A stretch of 53,827 bases of DNA from a virus (taxonomy: Duplodnaviria > Caudoviricetes), in the IMG/VR virus record IMGVR_UViG_3300031694_000009, positions 1-53,827 of that record; one strand, 5' to 3'. Position 1 is the stretch's first letter; the number at the start of each line of letters is the position of its first letter. This document shows positions 36,756 through 46,395 of this stretch, piece by piece. Under the pieces are notes generated by a model. It worked only from the letters and a program-made list of their open reading frames with translations. It was not told where the DNA came from and ran no database searches. Made by a program: the position numbers and the translations under genes.

Positions 36756-39700
36756 ATGGATACACCTTCTTTAACTCCTTTAGCTCCGGAAATCGAGACG
36801 GATGTTCCCGTGGCCTCGAGCCCGGTAGATATTCCCGCGGCCGCTGTTTCCGCGCAGGTGCCCGTGGCCGCTCAGCCTTCACCCCTTCCCGAGGAAGAGG
36901 TGGTATCTGAAGACCTGCCACCTCTGTTCTCTTTCGGGGACAGGGAGATGCTCAAGCAAAAACTGGAAGAAAAAGGGATGGAGGGTGTAACACGAGACGT
37001 TGTTGGTATCGTAAAGCAGCAGCTCCCGCACTTTAAGTTCACCTACGAAGACTTAAGAGACGGTTCCGCGGACGTTTTAGACCTCGTGAACCCAACAGAG
37101 CTACCGTCGCAAGTCAGGGCTATGTCCGACGAAGCTATCTTGGCGATGTTTACCGATTTAGAAGATTATGGGAAGTATGATCCCCCTGTTCAAAAAAGAA
37201 ACCCCGATGGGACCCCGGCCTTAGACGAAGCGGGGAAACCTGTCTTTGAAGAAAAACATTACAACCTTTCCGCCATCGCAGGCGGCGCTCGAAACACCGC
37301 AGTAGATGCGGGGTTCATGACGATAGGTGGTTGGCAGGGCGCTCGATTAGGGGCCGCCGCGTACGCGGCAAGGTCGCCTCACACAGGCCTAAGACCGTTA
37401 GACGTGGGCGGTAAGCTGGTCGCGAGCGGAATAGGCGCGATAGTTGGTTCAGGTATCTTGATGCCTGCCGCGGATTACGTTAACGAGTGGTTATTTGATG
37501 AGCCGGACCCTATTGTGGTGCCCAGTCTACAAGCCGCCTACAACGCCGGGGAAACCGCGGCCTACGGACTTACTTTCTTAGCCGCCCCTTGGGTCGGAAC
37601 TAAATTAGCCGCAAAACCTTTGGGCGAGGCCTTTAATGCGGCAAAAACCCTAGAAAACTTTGCAACAATCGCGTCCAGTAAGTTTAAGCCGGCCGAACTG
37701 GTGAAATTATACGGGAAAGACTTAACGGCCCGGGCCAGTGCCGCGGGTACAAAACAAGCGGCGAAAGGCCGTGTTCGGTCCGCGCTCACCCCTAATATGG
37801 CGAAAGGCCCAACCGCCGCTCGCATTGCCGACACTCTTGCGCGAGGGGGTCAAGATGCGTTAAAGAAGGGCGCCGAAAACCCGGGCGCATGGCTAGGCGT
37901 AGAAGCGTTAGTAACGCTCGGAATGTCGGGCGCTGCGTATAACGCGGAGAAACTAGCTCCCGGCAGCGAGGGTGTTCGTTTAGCAATGGAGTTGGTGTCC
38001 GCACCCGTCTCATTACTAATGGTTAAACCGGTACTGGCTGCTACAAAAGCCACCCTCAACGTCGTAAAGAGCGTTTTGGAGGGCAGCGCGGGGGCTAAGG
38101 GTCAAGGCCTTTTGACTGATGCCATCACCCAAGAGGGTGGACGCCGGATTACGCAAGAATTACGAGAAAGTCCAGAATACCTAGCCTCCGAAAGCCCCGA
38201 AGATGAGTTAGACAAGCTGATAGAGCTTTTATTAAAACAGCCTGTCGAAGGTGACGAAACTCAGTTACCTTCCGCGGTACTAACAAAGGCCGGTTCGCGT
38301 TTAGCCCCTGCCGTTGCGCGGACCGAGGGCCAAGTGGCGACTCGGGTAAGCGACTTATCGGTGGCAACTGAGAAAGGACGAGAGCGGTTTGTTGCGGACT
38401 CTAAAGAAGCAATTTTGGAGCTACGTAAGTCAAATACTCCCGAAGGCATGCAGTTGGCTGCGGCCATTGAACAGCGGCTGGTAGAGCAAGAAGCAATTGA
38501 CGTGCTTGAGGCCGGGAACACCAAGTTGATAGCGGCTACGGTAAAAGTGTTTGGGAATGATGACGTTATCCCACAAGACGCGGCCCTCGGAGAAAGGTTT
38601 TACGACCTCCAGCTGCAGCTTGTTGCCAGCCTGAAAAGCAAGCGCGACAGGTTGTACAAAGCGGTACCCGATTTCGATGTAAGACAGTTTAGTACGGCAG
38701 ACGGCACTAAAGTAGACCAACCAAACTCCCTTACTATTTTTGATGTCCCGGTGTCACAAGGCGGCTTGAAATTCAGTAGTAAAGGCGCCGAAACCGAATT
38801 TAATACTATATTGGGGGGCTATAAAGACGACTTTAGGGCCATGAACGATTATTACAACCCTAAAATGGGTGACGACGGTCTTCCCATCTCGGTAGATTTT
38901 CCGGTCCAGTTTAGCCGGTTGCGTGAAATGTCGGCTCATTTTAAGTCCTTGAAAGCAGCTCGGCAACGCGTTAATCCTATGGACAGCATGGCCACTCATC
39001 TCGAAAGCCTGTCTAAAGCGTTAAATCAGGACATGACGGGGATGGATGCCGACGGGATGTTCATGACCCCCGCGGGAGAGCTTTTAACCACAAATCAAGC
39101 TAAAATCGTAGAAGCTTACACCAAAGCAAAAGCGTTTACGTACGGCATGCACAACGTGATTTCGAGAACATTTGTCTCCGAAACCTCTAAAGTAAATGCG
39201 CAAAGAGGAATGGTTTTAGACCCTTTAGACGCAGTGAAAGCTGTTAAAAAAGGTGATGACATCCCCCTAGCCCGCATAAACCAGATGCAGTCGGCTGTAA
39301 ATTTCTTACGCAAAGAAGCGGGTGACGTAAAGAGTATTTCCTACACCAACAAGAGTACGGGCCAACGGCACAACGACGTTGATTTTGACGCGGAACAAAC
39401 AGGCACCGAGCTTAACGAGATATTTGAGTTGATCATACGAGATGGGCGTAAAAACATCATGGACACCACTGTGGACAAAAACGGTGAGATAATACGCAAG
39501 GTCAACCTGAAAAAATTAAACGAATATAAGTCGCGTCCAAACAGTAAGCAGCTTTTTGCTATTTTCCCGGGGTTAGCCCGAGACTTAGATAGTGTGGAAA
39601 GTGCCCAAAGACTGATGTTAGAGTCTATGGACCAAGCCGCGGCGCTGAAGAACACAGACGAGCAAAAAGCGTTCTCATGGTTTTTACAAAGGCCCGAAAG

Positions 39701-40826
39701 CGCCACTCATGTTATTGGTCAAATTGTTTCGGGGGAGGGTAAAATAGCCCCTCGCAAAGCTTTGCAAAGCATGGTTGATAAGATAAAGAACAGAGGCAGC
39801 TACACGGATAGCGAGACAGGTGCCGTGTACACGTCTGATCAAGTATTAGACGGCATGCGAGCGGCCATATCAAACTACGGTGTAACAAAGGCGGGCGGAC
39901 CAGGATTCGCGTTCAGTCCCACCATTTATTATGACACGTTGTTTGCCGACCTGAAAAGTGTCGACGCAACCTCCGCCGGCGGTGGTTTAAGATTGATAGA
40001 CTTTATGAAGGATAACGGCATCGTTGATAAAGTCTATGTTGAAAACCTGCAAAAAGCCCTTAACCAAATGCGTAATGTCGAAGAAGGCATAGCAAACAAC
40101 GAGCTTTCGGGGGCCTTGTTTAAACGTCCCAGTATTGCCAGCCTCGGCATGTTAAGAGTGGGTGGTTCGATGCTTGCGGGCGCCTCCCTTAATCGCTTCA
40201 AAAGCTTATTAGCTGCCGTAGGATTACAGGATTTTGGCGTAGGTGCGAGCATAACGGCGGGTGAAGAGGGTGCAAAGGCCGCAACACGTTTTGTGCTAGG
40301 CCCGGAAACCTTGGTGGTCAACAACATGTCCCGGATATTAGCTGACCCAGAAATGTTAGCACACGCGGTAAAAGAAACCCGAAGCGCAAGCGATCTGGAA
40401 AGAGAACTTACTATGCTACAGAAACTCTTGGGTGCCCAAACAAATAGAGTGGCGACCAAATTAGCGCGTGATGTCTTCTCGGAAGAAAGTTTTATTCGAC
40501 CCGGCGAGATGGGCGACCGAGAGGCCGACTACAGTAAGCAGAAACTGGCCTTCCCGCCCGTGACACTACCTTCACCCGCGGCAACAAAGCCGCCCGTGAC
40601 ACTACATCCCCCTAGTAATACTCAGGGGGTAATGCCTCCGCCCAACGTGGCTCCCACCAACGTTGGCGGTTCTGCGCCTAGCCCCGTCCAGCAGTCTCCT
40701 GCGGCCCCGCAAAGGCCACCTGTTAGTAATCAGTCAGGCCCTGTGGACCGGGCTAGGTTTGCAGCTCTTTTTCCAGAAGATCGTGAATTAATGGGTATTG
40801 GAAGTTTGATGGGGGGTAATGCGTAA
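36756..40826 (+). CDS. large internal virion/ejection protein
   Basis: 1356 aa, helical, C-terminal RARFAALFPED..GIGSL. Confidence 0.65.
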   Translation: MDTPSLTPLAPEIETDVPVASSPVDIPAAAVSAQVPVAAQPSPLPEEEVVSEDLPPLFSFGDREMLKQKLEEKGMEGVTRDVVGIVKQQLPHFKFTYEDLRDGSADVLDLVNPTELPSQVRAMSDEAILAMFTDLEDYGKYDPPVQKRNPDGTPALDEAGKPVFEEKHYNLSAIAGGARNTAVDAGFMTIGGWQGARLGAAAYAARSPHTGLRPLDVGGKLVASGIGAIVGSGILMPAADYVNEWLFDEPDPIVVPSLQAAYNAGETAAYGLTFLAAPWVGTKLAAKPLGEAFNAAKTLENFATIASSKFKPAELVKLYGKDLTARASAAGTKQAAKGRVRSALTPNMAKGPTAARIADTLARGGQDALKKGAENPGAWLGVEALVTLGMSGAAYNAEKLAPGSEGVRLAMELVSAPVSLLMVKPVLAATKATLNVVKSVLEGSAGAKGQGLLTDAITQEGGRRITQELRESPEYLASESPEDELDKLIELLLKQPVEGDETQLPSAVLTKAGSRLAPAVARTEGQVATRVSDLSVATEKGRERFVADSKEAILELRKSNTPEGMQLAAAIEQRLVEQEAIDVLEAGNTKLIAATVKVFGNDDVIPQDAALGERFYDLQLQLVASLKSKRDRLYKAVPDFDVRQFSTADGTKVDQPNSLTIFDVPVSQGGLKFSSKGAETEFNTILGGYKDDFRAMNDYYNPKMGDDGLPISVDFPVQFSRLREMSAHFKSLKAARQRVNPMDSMATHLESLSKALNQDMTGMDADGMFMTPAGELLTTNQAKIVEAYTKAKAFTYGMHNVISRTFVSETSKVNAQRGMVLDPLDAVKAVKKGDDIPLARINQMQSAVNFLRKEAGDVKSISYTNKSTGQRHNDVDFDAEQTGTELNEIFELIIRDGRKNIMDTTVDKNGEIIRKVNLKKLNEYKSRPNSKQLFAIFPGLARDLDSVESAQRLMLESMDQAAALKNTDEQKAFSWFLQRPESATHVIGQIVSGEGKIAPRKALQSMVDKIKNRGSYTDSETGAVYTSDQVLDGMRAAISNYGVTKAGGPGFAFSPTIYYDTLFADLKSVDATSAGGGLRLIDFMKDNGIVDKVYVENLQKALNQMRNVEEGIANNELSGALFKRPSIASLGMLRVGGSMLAGASLNRFKSLLAAVGLQDFGVGASITAGEEGAKAATRFVLGPETLVVNNMSRILADPEMLAHAVKETRSASDLERELTMLQKLLGAQTNRVATKLARDVFSEESFIRPGEMGDREADYSKQKLAFPPVTLPSPAATKPPVTLHPPSNTQGVMPPPNVAPTNVGGSAPSPVQQSPAAPQRPPVSNQSGPVDRARFAALFPEDRELMGIGSLMGGNA

Positions 40827-41710
40827 TGCCCATATTTGATTCGTATGGGGGCCGCTCCAGCCTACTTACGGCTGAAGAATCCGACAGGCTTAATAACCCC
40901 GGGAAGTACGATTACGACCAAGAAAAATACGATCAACTTGTCGCGGTCCTCTTACCTAAAATAGCCGCTCGACGAGCAGCGGACAGGACGTCACGCGAAG
41001 TTGTTTCCTCTTCTTACGCGGCCTTTGGGCCTACCGTTCCGGGAGGCGCGGGTATGAGCACAAAACCGCTCTTCAGCCTTGCGGGAAGGTCTGGCCACAC
41101 CAGTGGTGGCCTTGCGGGGTCCTCCTCGGAACTCGAATACGCGGAGGGCGGCGTTGTTGAGGCGCCCGATAATTTTGTAAAAAGGTACGATCAAGGTGGC
41201 CCTGTGCCACAGGTGCAACATATGAAAATGGGTGGAATGGCTTCTCCGTATGCCACGTCAATGAGAACGGGTCCAGCGCAGCAAACATTCACGGTTCCCG
41301 TCCCCGCGCCGCAGTTAAGCGAACAGCCTCTTGGCCCCCTCGGACAAATGGGTGGACAACAACAAGGTGTCGGCGGCTTATTTGAGCGCCTACCCCAAAA
41401 CCAAATGGGTATGATGCAGGCCCAAATGGGTGGCGCCCCTCTCGAAGTTTACGGCAACTACCTAAACAACACATACACGGCTCCCGCAGCAGAAACGTCT
41501 CAAACGAAAGTTACTGAATTTATCGATCTAGTCGACCAAGCCGAACGAGCGCATTTTGGCGCGGAAGAAAGCTTCGGCTACGGCGGTGGTTCTTACCAGC
41601 AAGGTCTCTTAGCCCAGTACGCCCAACAGCCCTCGCAACCGACTGGCCAAGGCGCGACAAGTTTTACACCCACGTCACAGGCAGACCTTGAGCGTTTTCG
41701 GGTTTACTAA
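40826..41710 (+). CDS. low-complexity protein with xxxGG motifs; probable virion cargo
   Basis: YAEGG, YDQGG, MKMGG; last gene of the late operon. Confidence 0.6.
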   Translation: MPIFDSYGGRSSLLTAEESDRLNNPGKYDYDQEKYDQLVAVLLPKIAARRAADRTSREVVSSSYAAFGPTVPGGAGMSTKPLFSLAGRSGHTSGGLAGSSSELEYAEGGVVEAPDNFVKRYDQGGPVPQVQHMKMGGMASPYATSMRTGPAQQTFTVPVPAPQLSEQPLGPLGQMGGQQQGVGGLFERLPQNQMGMMQAQMGGAPLEVYGNYLNNTYTAPAAETSQTKVTEFIDLVDQAERAHFGAEESFGYGGGSYQQGLLAQYAQQPSQPTGQGATSFTPTSQADLERFRVY

Positions 41711-41714
41711 GCTG

Positions 41715-43163
41715 TTACCGAAGCCACCCTTTAGTGTCTTCGCCCAAAACCTGCCCCGCAATATCAATCTTGTTGCGCAGAGCTTGTAGTATTTTCACGT
41801 CAATCGTCCCCGGCGACACTAAATCAATGTAAGTTACCTTATTAGTCTGACCGATCCGGTGTGCCCGGTCTTCGGACTGTAGCCTTATCTCCAAGTCATA
41901 GCTGTTACTGTAATAGATGACCGTAGTCGCTGCCGTCAAAGTGATGCCATACCCCCCTGTTCTCGGCTGACCCACGAAAAACCTTAAAGGGCTCTCAGGA
42001 TCTTGGAAATCGTTAACAATCTCTTGCCTTTCGTCTTGTGGTGTATCCCCGTAATAGGTTGCGACCGAATCTGGACCAAACCGCTCGCGCAGGGTTGCGG
42101 CTATCTGTTGTATGTCGTGTGTGTACGTCGCCCAAATAATGGCTTTTCCCTGTAACTCTTCTGCCACGTCCAAAAGCTCTTTTAAGCGGTTGTTCTTTAT
42201 TAGCTGTATTTCCCCGTCGTCAGGCATTAAGTGACCGCAGCAAATTTGTTGAAGTCGCATAATCTGAGTCAACACACTCGCCGTGGTCGCTAATTCGCCA
42301 TTCTCGAGCTGTGCCAACGCTAACTTTTGCATCTGCCCATACAGTTTTGCCTGCTCGGGCGTCAGTGCTACGTCTCGCTGGATATACACCTTCGGAGGCA
42401 GGTCTAAACAGTCTACTTTTAGTACCCGGTTACTGAACCGATCTAACTTTTCAGAAAGTTCGTCCAAACGCCGGTATCCCGTGATTTGCTGAAAACTGCG
42501 ATGACCCATGGTCCGTTGTTGGATATTCGCGTACCGTGCTTGAAAGGCATAGTAGGAATTAAAGCCAAGTGACTTCTCTGCTAGAAAACCGCATTGGCTG
42601 AACAAGTCCATAGGGCTTTTGGTGATGGGTGAACCCGTTAATATTCGGCGATACTTAGACCGCTTCTGTAAGGACATGATGTTCTTGGTTCTAGCAGCCT
42701 TACGGTTCTTTATAGTAGTAGACTCATCCACTATCACCATGTTGTCGGGGTTTTGGTAAAGGAAAGCAGTTGCTGCGTTAGAGCCCCTAGTGCTGGAAAA
42801 AGCTTCCACGTTCATGACAAATATCTTTAGGAAAGGCTCCCTGTCAACAATGAAACCCGTAAGTTCTTCCTCAAAACGCTTCGTCTTGGAAGGTATCCAC
42901 CGACATATCTTACGCGGAATGCGCTTGGGTAAATGGATAGGTATCTCACCTCGCACCCAGTTGTCGTAAACACCTTTGGGCGCTATAATCAAAGCCGCTT
43001 TTAGCTTCCCAGCTTCATACAATATGGCCATCGTATCGATAGCCACCTTGGTTTTACCTGTACCCATTTCCATGAATAGCGCGTAGTATTCCGCGGACCA
43101 TGATTCTTCTAGCGCCACTCGTTGGTGGTCATAAGGGGTGGTCTCGTATTGGTAGTTCAGCAT
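41715..43163 (-). CDS. SNF2-family (SF2) helicase
   Basis: MEMGTGKT, IVDES, LTGSP, GGYGITLT, QSEDRAHRIGQ. Confidence 0.95.
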   Translation of the reverse strand: MLNYQYETTPYDHQRVALEESWSAEYYALFMEMGTGKTKVAIDTMAILYEAGKLKAALIIAPKGVYDNWVRGEIPIHLPKRIPRKICRWIPSKTKRFEEELTGFIVDREPFLKIFVMNVEAFSSTRGSNAATAFLYQNPDNMVIVDESTTIKNRKAARTKNIMSLQKRSKYRRILTGSPITKSPMDLFSQCGFLAEKSLGFNSYYAFQARYANIQQRTMGHRSFQQITGYRRLDELSEKLDRFSNRVLKVDCLDLPPKVYIQRDVALTPEQAKLYGQMQKLALAQLENGELATTASVLTQIMRLQQICCGHLMPDDGEIQLIKNNRLKELLDVAEELQGKAIIWATYTHDIQQIAATLRERFGPDSVATYYGDTPQDERQEIVNDFQDPESPLRFFVGQPRTGGYGITLTAATTVIYYSNSYDLEIRLQSEDRAHRIGQTNKVTYIDLVSPGTIDVKILQALRNKIDIAGQVLGEDTKGWLR

Positions 43164-43267
43164 TTTTTCCTCTTTTTTTCAAAATCGCTTGACTTGTGTA
43201 GGATATAAGATAATATCTACATTTGTCAAGGCCCAAAAGGTGCCTTTAACCACGAAGGAGTAATAGT
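43164..43267. promoter_or_regulatory. divergent promoter region (helicase / replication operon)
   Basis: TTGACT at 43189; TATAAGAT box; AAGGC-loop-GCCTT hairpin before AAGGAG RBS. Confidence 0.55.
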
Positions 43268-43849
43268 ATGAGTAACGAACTAGCAAAATTGATGGAATCC
43301 GACTTTGAAGAGAAGAAGGCCAACTCCGTTGAAAAGATAGACCAACAAGGCCTTACTTCGGTAGCCGGGTTGGCCCGCCTAATACGGGACAAAGCGGTGC
43401 AGATAGAAGCACTTGAGGCTGATCTCAAGTATTCTAAGAAAGAACTGCAGACGCTCACGGACGAAGAAATGCCCGCAATGCTTGCGGAAATGGGTATCTC
43501 TTCTTTTGCCCTCGACGATGGTTCTACCATTGAGGTCAAACAGACGTATGGAGCCTCCATACTCGTTAAAAACCGTCCAACCGCTTACGAGTGGCTACGT
43601 GACCATCAGTACGACGACATAATTAAAAACACTGTCTTGTGCCAATTTGGTCGGGGTGAGGACGAGCAAGCAAACGCCTTTTCTACGTTCGCGGAAACGC
43701 AAGGTTTTGTACCACAGCAGAAAACCGAGATACACCCACAAACGCTACGTGCATTTGTGAAAGAACGGTGTGAGGCAGGTGAGGAATTCCCCATGGAGTT
43801 ATTTGGGGCTTGGGTAGGTCAACGTGCAGTTATTAAGAGAGGAAAATAG
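43268..43849 (+). CDS. conserved replication-module protein
   Basis: coiled coil + AYEWLR....DIIKN...IHPQTLRAFVKE. Confidence 0.8.
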   Translation: MSNELAKLMESDFEEKKANSVEKIDQQGLTSVAGLARLIRDKAVQIEALEADLKYSKKELQTLTDEEMPAMLAEMGISSFALDDGSTIEVKQTYGASILVKNRPTAYEWLRDHQYDDIIKNTVLCQFGRGEDEQANAFSTFAETQGFVPQQKTEIHPQTLRAFVKERCEAGEEFPMELFGAWVGQRAVIKRGK

Positions 43850-43850
43850 A

Positions 43851-44630
43851 ATGACAACTTCAAAAGCAGTAGCAACAAAGAACAGTAGTGACGTGGCGGT
43901 CTTTGACCCGGCCATGTTTGAGGCCGATGCGGGCCAAGGCATGGAGAACATGGGACAAGAAGACTTAGCTCTTCCTTTTCTTAAAGTTCTTTCCGGTAAT
44001 GACCCTATCTTGGACGAAAACGAGGAAGCTCGTAAAGGTGACATCTACAACACCGTAACGGGTATAGCTTATAAAGGTAAAGAGGGGATCCGAGTGGTTC
44101 CTTGCGCATACCAGCGTCGCTTTATTCAGTGGGCACCTCGCGGCGTGGGCAGCGGTGCTCCCACGGCAATTTATGAGCCGGGCGAAGTGCGTCCCGAAAC
44201 ACAACGCTCTCCCGACGACAACAAAGACTATGTTGCGGACGACAGTGGCGAGTATATCGAGGAAACACACCAACACTTTGTGCTGATAGTTGGCGAAGAC
44301 GGTAGTGTCGAAACGGCTTTGATTGCGATGAAGTCTACGCAGCTCAAGAAGTCGCGTAAGTGGAACAGCATGATGGCGTCGCGATCAATGCAAGGCGCTA
44401 ACGGGCCTTTCACGCCACCCCGCTTCTCGCATGTTTACCACATGAAAACGACCTCTGAGGAAAACTCTAAGGGCTCGTGGCACGGTTGGGAAATGTCGTG
44501 TGAAGGCCCTATCGCGGAGCCTAGCTTATACGTCCGCGCTAAAGCGTTTGCCGACAGTATTACCCTCGGTGACGTTGTTGTTAAGCATACGGATGACGAA
44601 GATCCGAACGGTACTAAAATACCGTTTTAA
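43851..44630 (+). CDS. putative single-stranded DNA-binding protein
   Basis: EDLALPFLKVL...ALIAMKSTQLKKSRKWNS; acidic tail ending IPF; start reassigned by RBS. Confidence 0.7.
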   Translation: MTTSKAVATKNSSDVAVFDPAMFEADAGQGMENMGQEDLALPFLKVLSGNDPILDENEEARKGDIYNTVTGIAYKGKEGIRVVPCAYQRRFIQWAPRGVGSGAPTAIYEPGEVRPETQRSPDDNKDYVADDSGEYIEETHQHFVLIVGEDGSVETALIAMKSTQLKKSRKWNSMMASRSMQGANGPFTPPRFSHVYHMKTTSEENSKGSWHGWEMSCEGPIAEPSLYVRAKAFADSITLGDVVVKHTDDEDPNGTKIPF

Positions 44631-44641
44631 GTTAGTATCTA

Positions 44642-44671
44642 GGCGGGGCACAGTGCCCCGCCCTTTTTTTT
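44642..44671 (+). terminator. Rho-independent terminator
   Basis: GGCGGGGCAC-A-GTGCCCCGCC + T run. Confidence 0.8.
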
Positions 44672-44689
44672 CCGCATGGGGGGCAGGTA

Positions 44690-46228
44690 ATGTCGTTAGA
44701 TAAGTTTATGGGCATCTTTGAAGGCCTGAAAGTAGCACACGGCTACTTCAAAATAGAAAAGACAGGAGCAAATGGTAAAGCTCAAGGTAAAGCAGGCGTT
44801 CTTCGCGAACCACAGACGCCAAAGCTGTGGGAAGACCACTTAACCGGTACGGGCAGCGGTCTTGGTATCGTACCCATCAACGAAGAGAACAGTTGCAAAT
44901 GGGGCTGTATTGACATAGACCAGTACCCCCTCGATCACAAACTATTGGTGGATAAGATCCGCCGTATGAAATTACCCCTTGTTGTGTGCCGGTCTAAGTC
45001 GGGTGGCGCCCACTGCTTCCTATTCACCACCGCGTGGACCGAAGCCCGGGACATGCAGAAAGCTCTTCAATCCATGGCAGCCGCATTAGGCTACGGTGAG
45101 AGCGAGATTTTCCCGAAACAAATAAAGCTTAATTTAGACCGCGGAGACGTCGGTAACTTTCTTAACCTGCCTTACTACAACCACGAAGAAGGGCTACGTT
45201 ACGCCTTCTTGGATGATGGCACCTCCGCCACGCTAGACGAGTTCATTGCACTCCACAAACAGTACGCTCAAACACCCGAAGAAGTTGTTAAGATACAAGT
45301 CGTCGGGGCGAGTGAGACAAAACTGCTTCAAGATGGTCCACCTTGCCTACAAATACTCTGCAAGCAGGGTATTAGCGAGGGAGGACGTAATAATGGTTTA
45401 TTCAATATTGGTGTTTACCTGCGGAAAGCCTTCCCCGACAGTTGGGAGTCAGAAATCCTTCGGTACAACATGGACTATATCTCCCCACCCCTCCCTCTTG
45501 GTGAGGTGAACGTTGTTGCCAAACAGGTAGAGCGAAAAGAGTACGCCTACAAATGCTCTGACGCCCCCATCAACTCCCACTGCAACAAAGACCTTTGCCG
45601 TACACGTAAGTTCGGGATTGGTGCTGCTATTGCAGGGGCCACCATCGCTAACCTTCGTAAGTATAACTCCACGCCACCGGTTTGGTTCATGGACGTGAAT
45701 GGCGAACCTTTGGAGATGGACACGGATGCGCTAATGAACCAGATGACCTTTCAGAAGGCTTGTATGGAGCAACTTAACTTCATGCCAAGGTCCGTAGCCA
45801 AGCAACAGTGGGAGAGCCGTATAAGCACCCTTCTCAGCGAGATGAAGGAGAACGAAAGCGCCATTATAGAGGTAGCGGTTGACGCCAGTACAAGCGGACA
45901 GTTTTATGACTACCTTGAAGAGTTTTGCCGCCACCTACAGGTTGCGCAGGACAAAGAAGAAATACTGCTGCGGCGTCCTTGGACGGATGAAGAGCAGGGC
46001 CTTACCTACTTCCGTCTGAAAGACTTCGAGAACTTCCTAAAGAAGAATAAGTTCTTTGAATACAAGTCTCACCGAATTGCTCAACGCCTACGTGACATCA
46101 ATGGCTTAAGTGTTGTTCTAAAGATCAAAGGACGCGCTGTTCGCGTTTGGAAGATACCTTCCTTCAACACGGCAGACATTGATATCGATACACCTAAGTT
46201 TGGTGACCATTCAGGAGCTGCTTTCTAA
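44690..46228 (+). CDS. AEP-type primase with PriCT-like domain
   Basis: WGCIDID, RSKSGGAH, GNFLNLPY, PPCL...EGGRNN. Confidence 0.85.
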   Translation: MSLDKFMGIFEGLKVAHGYFKIEKTGANGKAQGKAGVLREPQTPKLWEDHLTGTGSGLGIVPINEENSCKWGCIDIDQYPLDHKLLVDKIRRMKLPLVVCRSKSGGAHCFLFTTAWTEARDMQKALQSMAAALGYGESEIFPKQIKLNLDRGDVGNFLNLPYYNHEEGLRYAFLDDGTSATLDEFIALHKQYAQTPEEVVKIQVVGASETKLLQDGPPCLQILCKQGISEGGRNNGLFNIGVYLRKAFPDSWESEILRYNMDYISPPLPLGEVNVVAKQVERKEYAYKCSDAPINSHCNKDLCRTRKFGIGAAIAGATIANLRKYNSTPPVWFMDVNGEPLEMDTDALMNQMTFQKACMEQLNFMPRSVAKQQWESRISTLLSEMKENESAIIEVAVDASTSGQFYDYLEEFCRHLQVAQDKEEILLRRPWTDEEQGLTYFRLKDFENFLKKNKFFEYKSHRIAQRLRDINGLSVVLKIKGRAVRVWKIPSFNTADIDIDTPKFGDHSGAAF

Positions 46229-46395
46229 TGGCTGACAAAATAACTTTGGAAGAATGGATTAAAAGCCGCAATACCATGATCGTCAAAATGATTGACGAGG
46301 ATCGTATGACCATGACCGCCGTCGCCCGGTGGTTTTCTATCTCCAAGCAGCGTGTTAAACAGGTCTACGACAGGGAGAAAGAGAAAGATGTTTAG
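46228..46395 (+). CDS. 55-aa HTH protein (...MTAVARWFSISKQRVKQVY...), below cutoff
   Basis: Hand translation; HTH pattern; coupled to both neighbours. Confidence 0.7.
   Translation: MADKITLEEWIKSRNTMIVKMIDEDRMTMTAVARWFSISKQRVKQVYDREKEKDV

Noticed and set aside
36756-40826. Virion RNA polymerase or N4-type hairpin promoters
   Set aside because: No polymerase catalytic motifs recognised; early promoters fit the host sigma70 pattern
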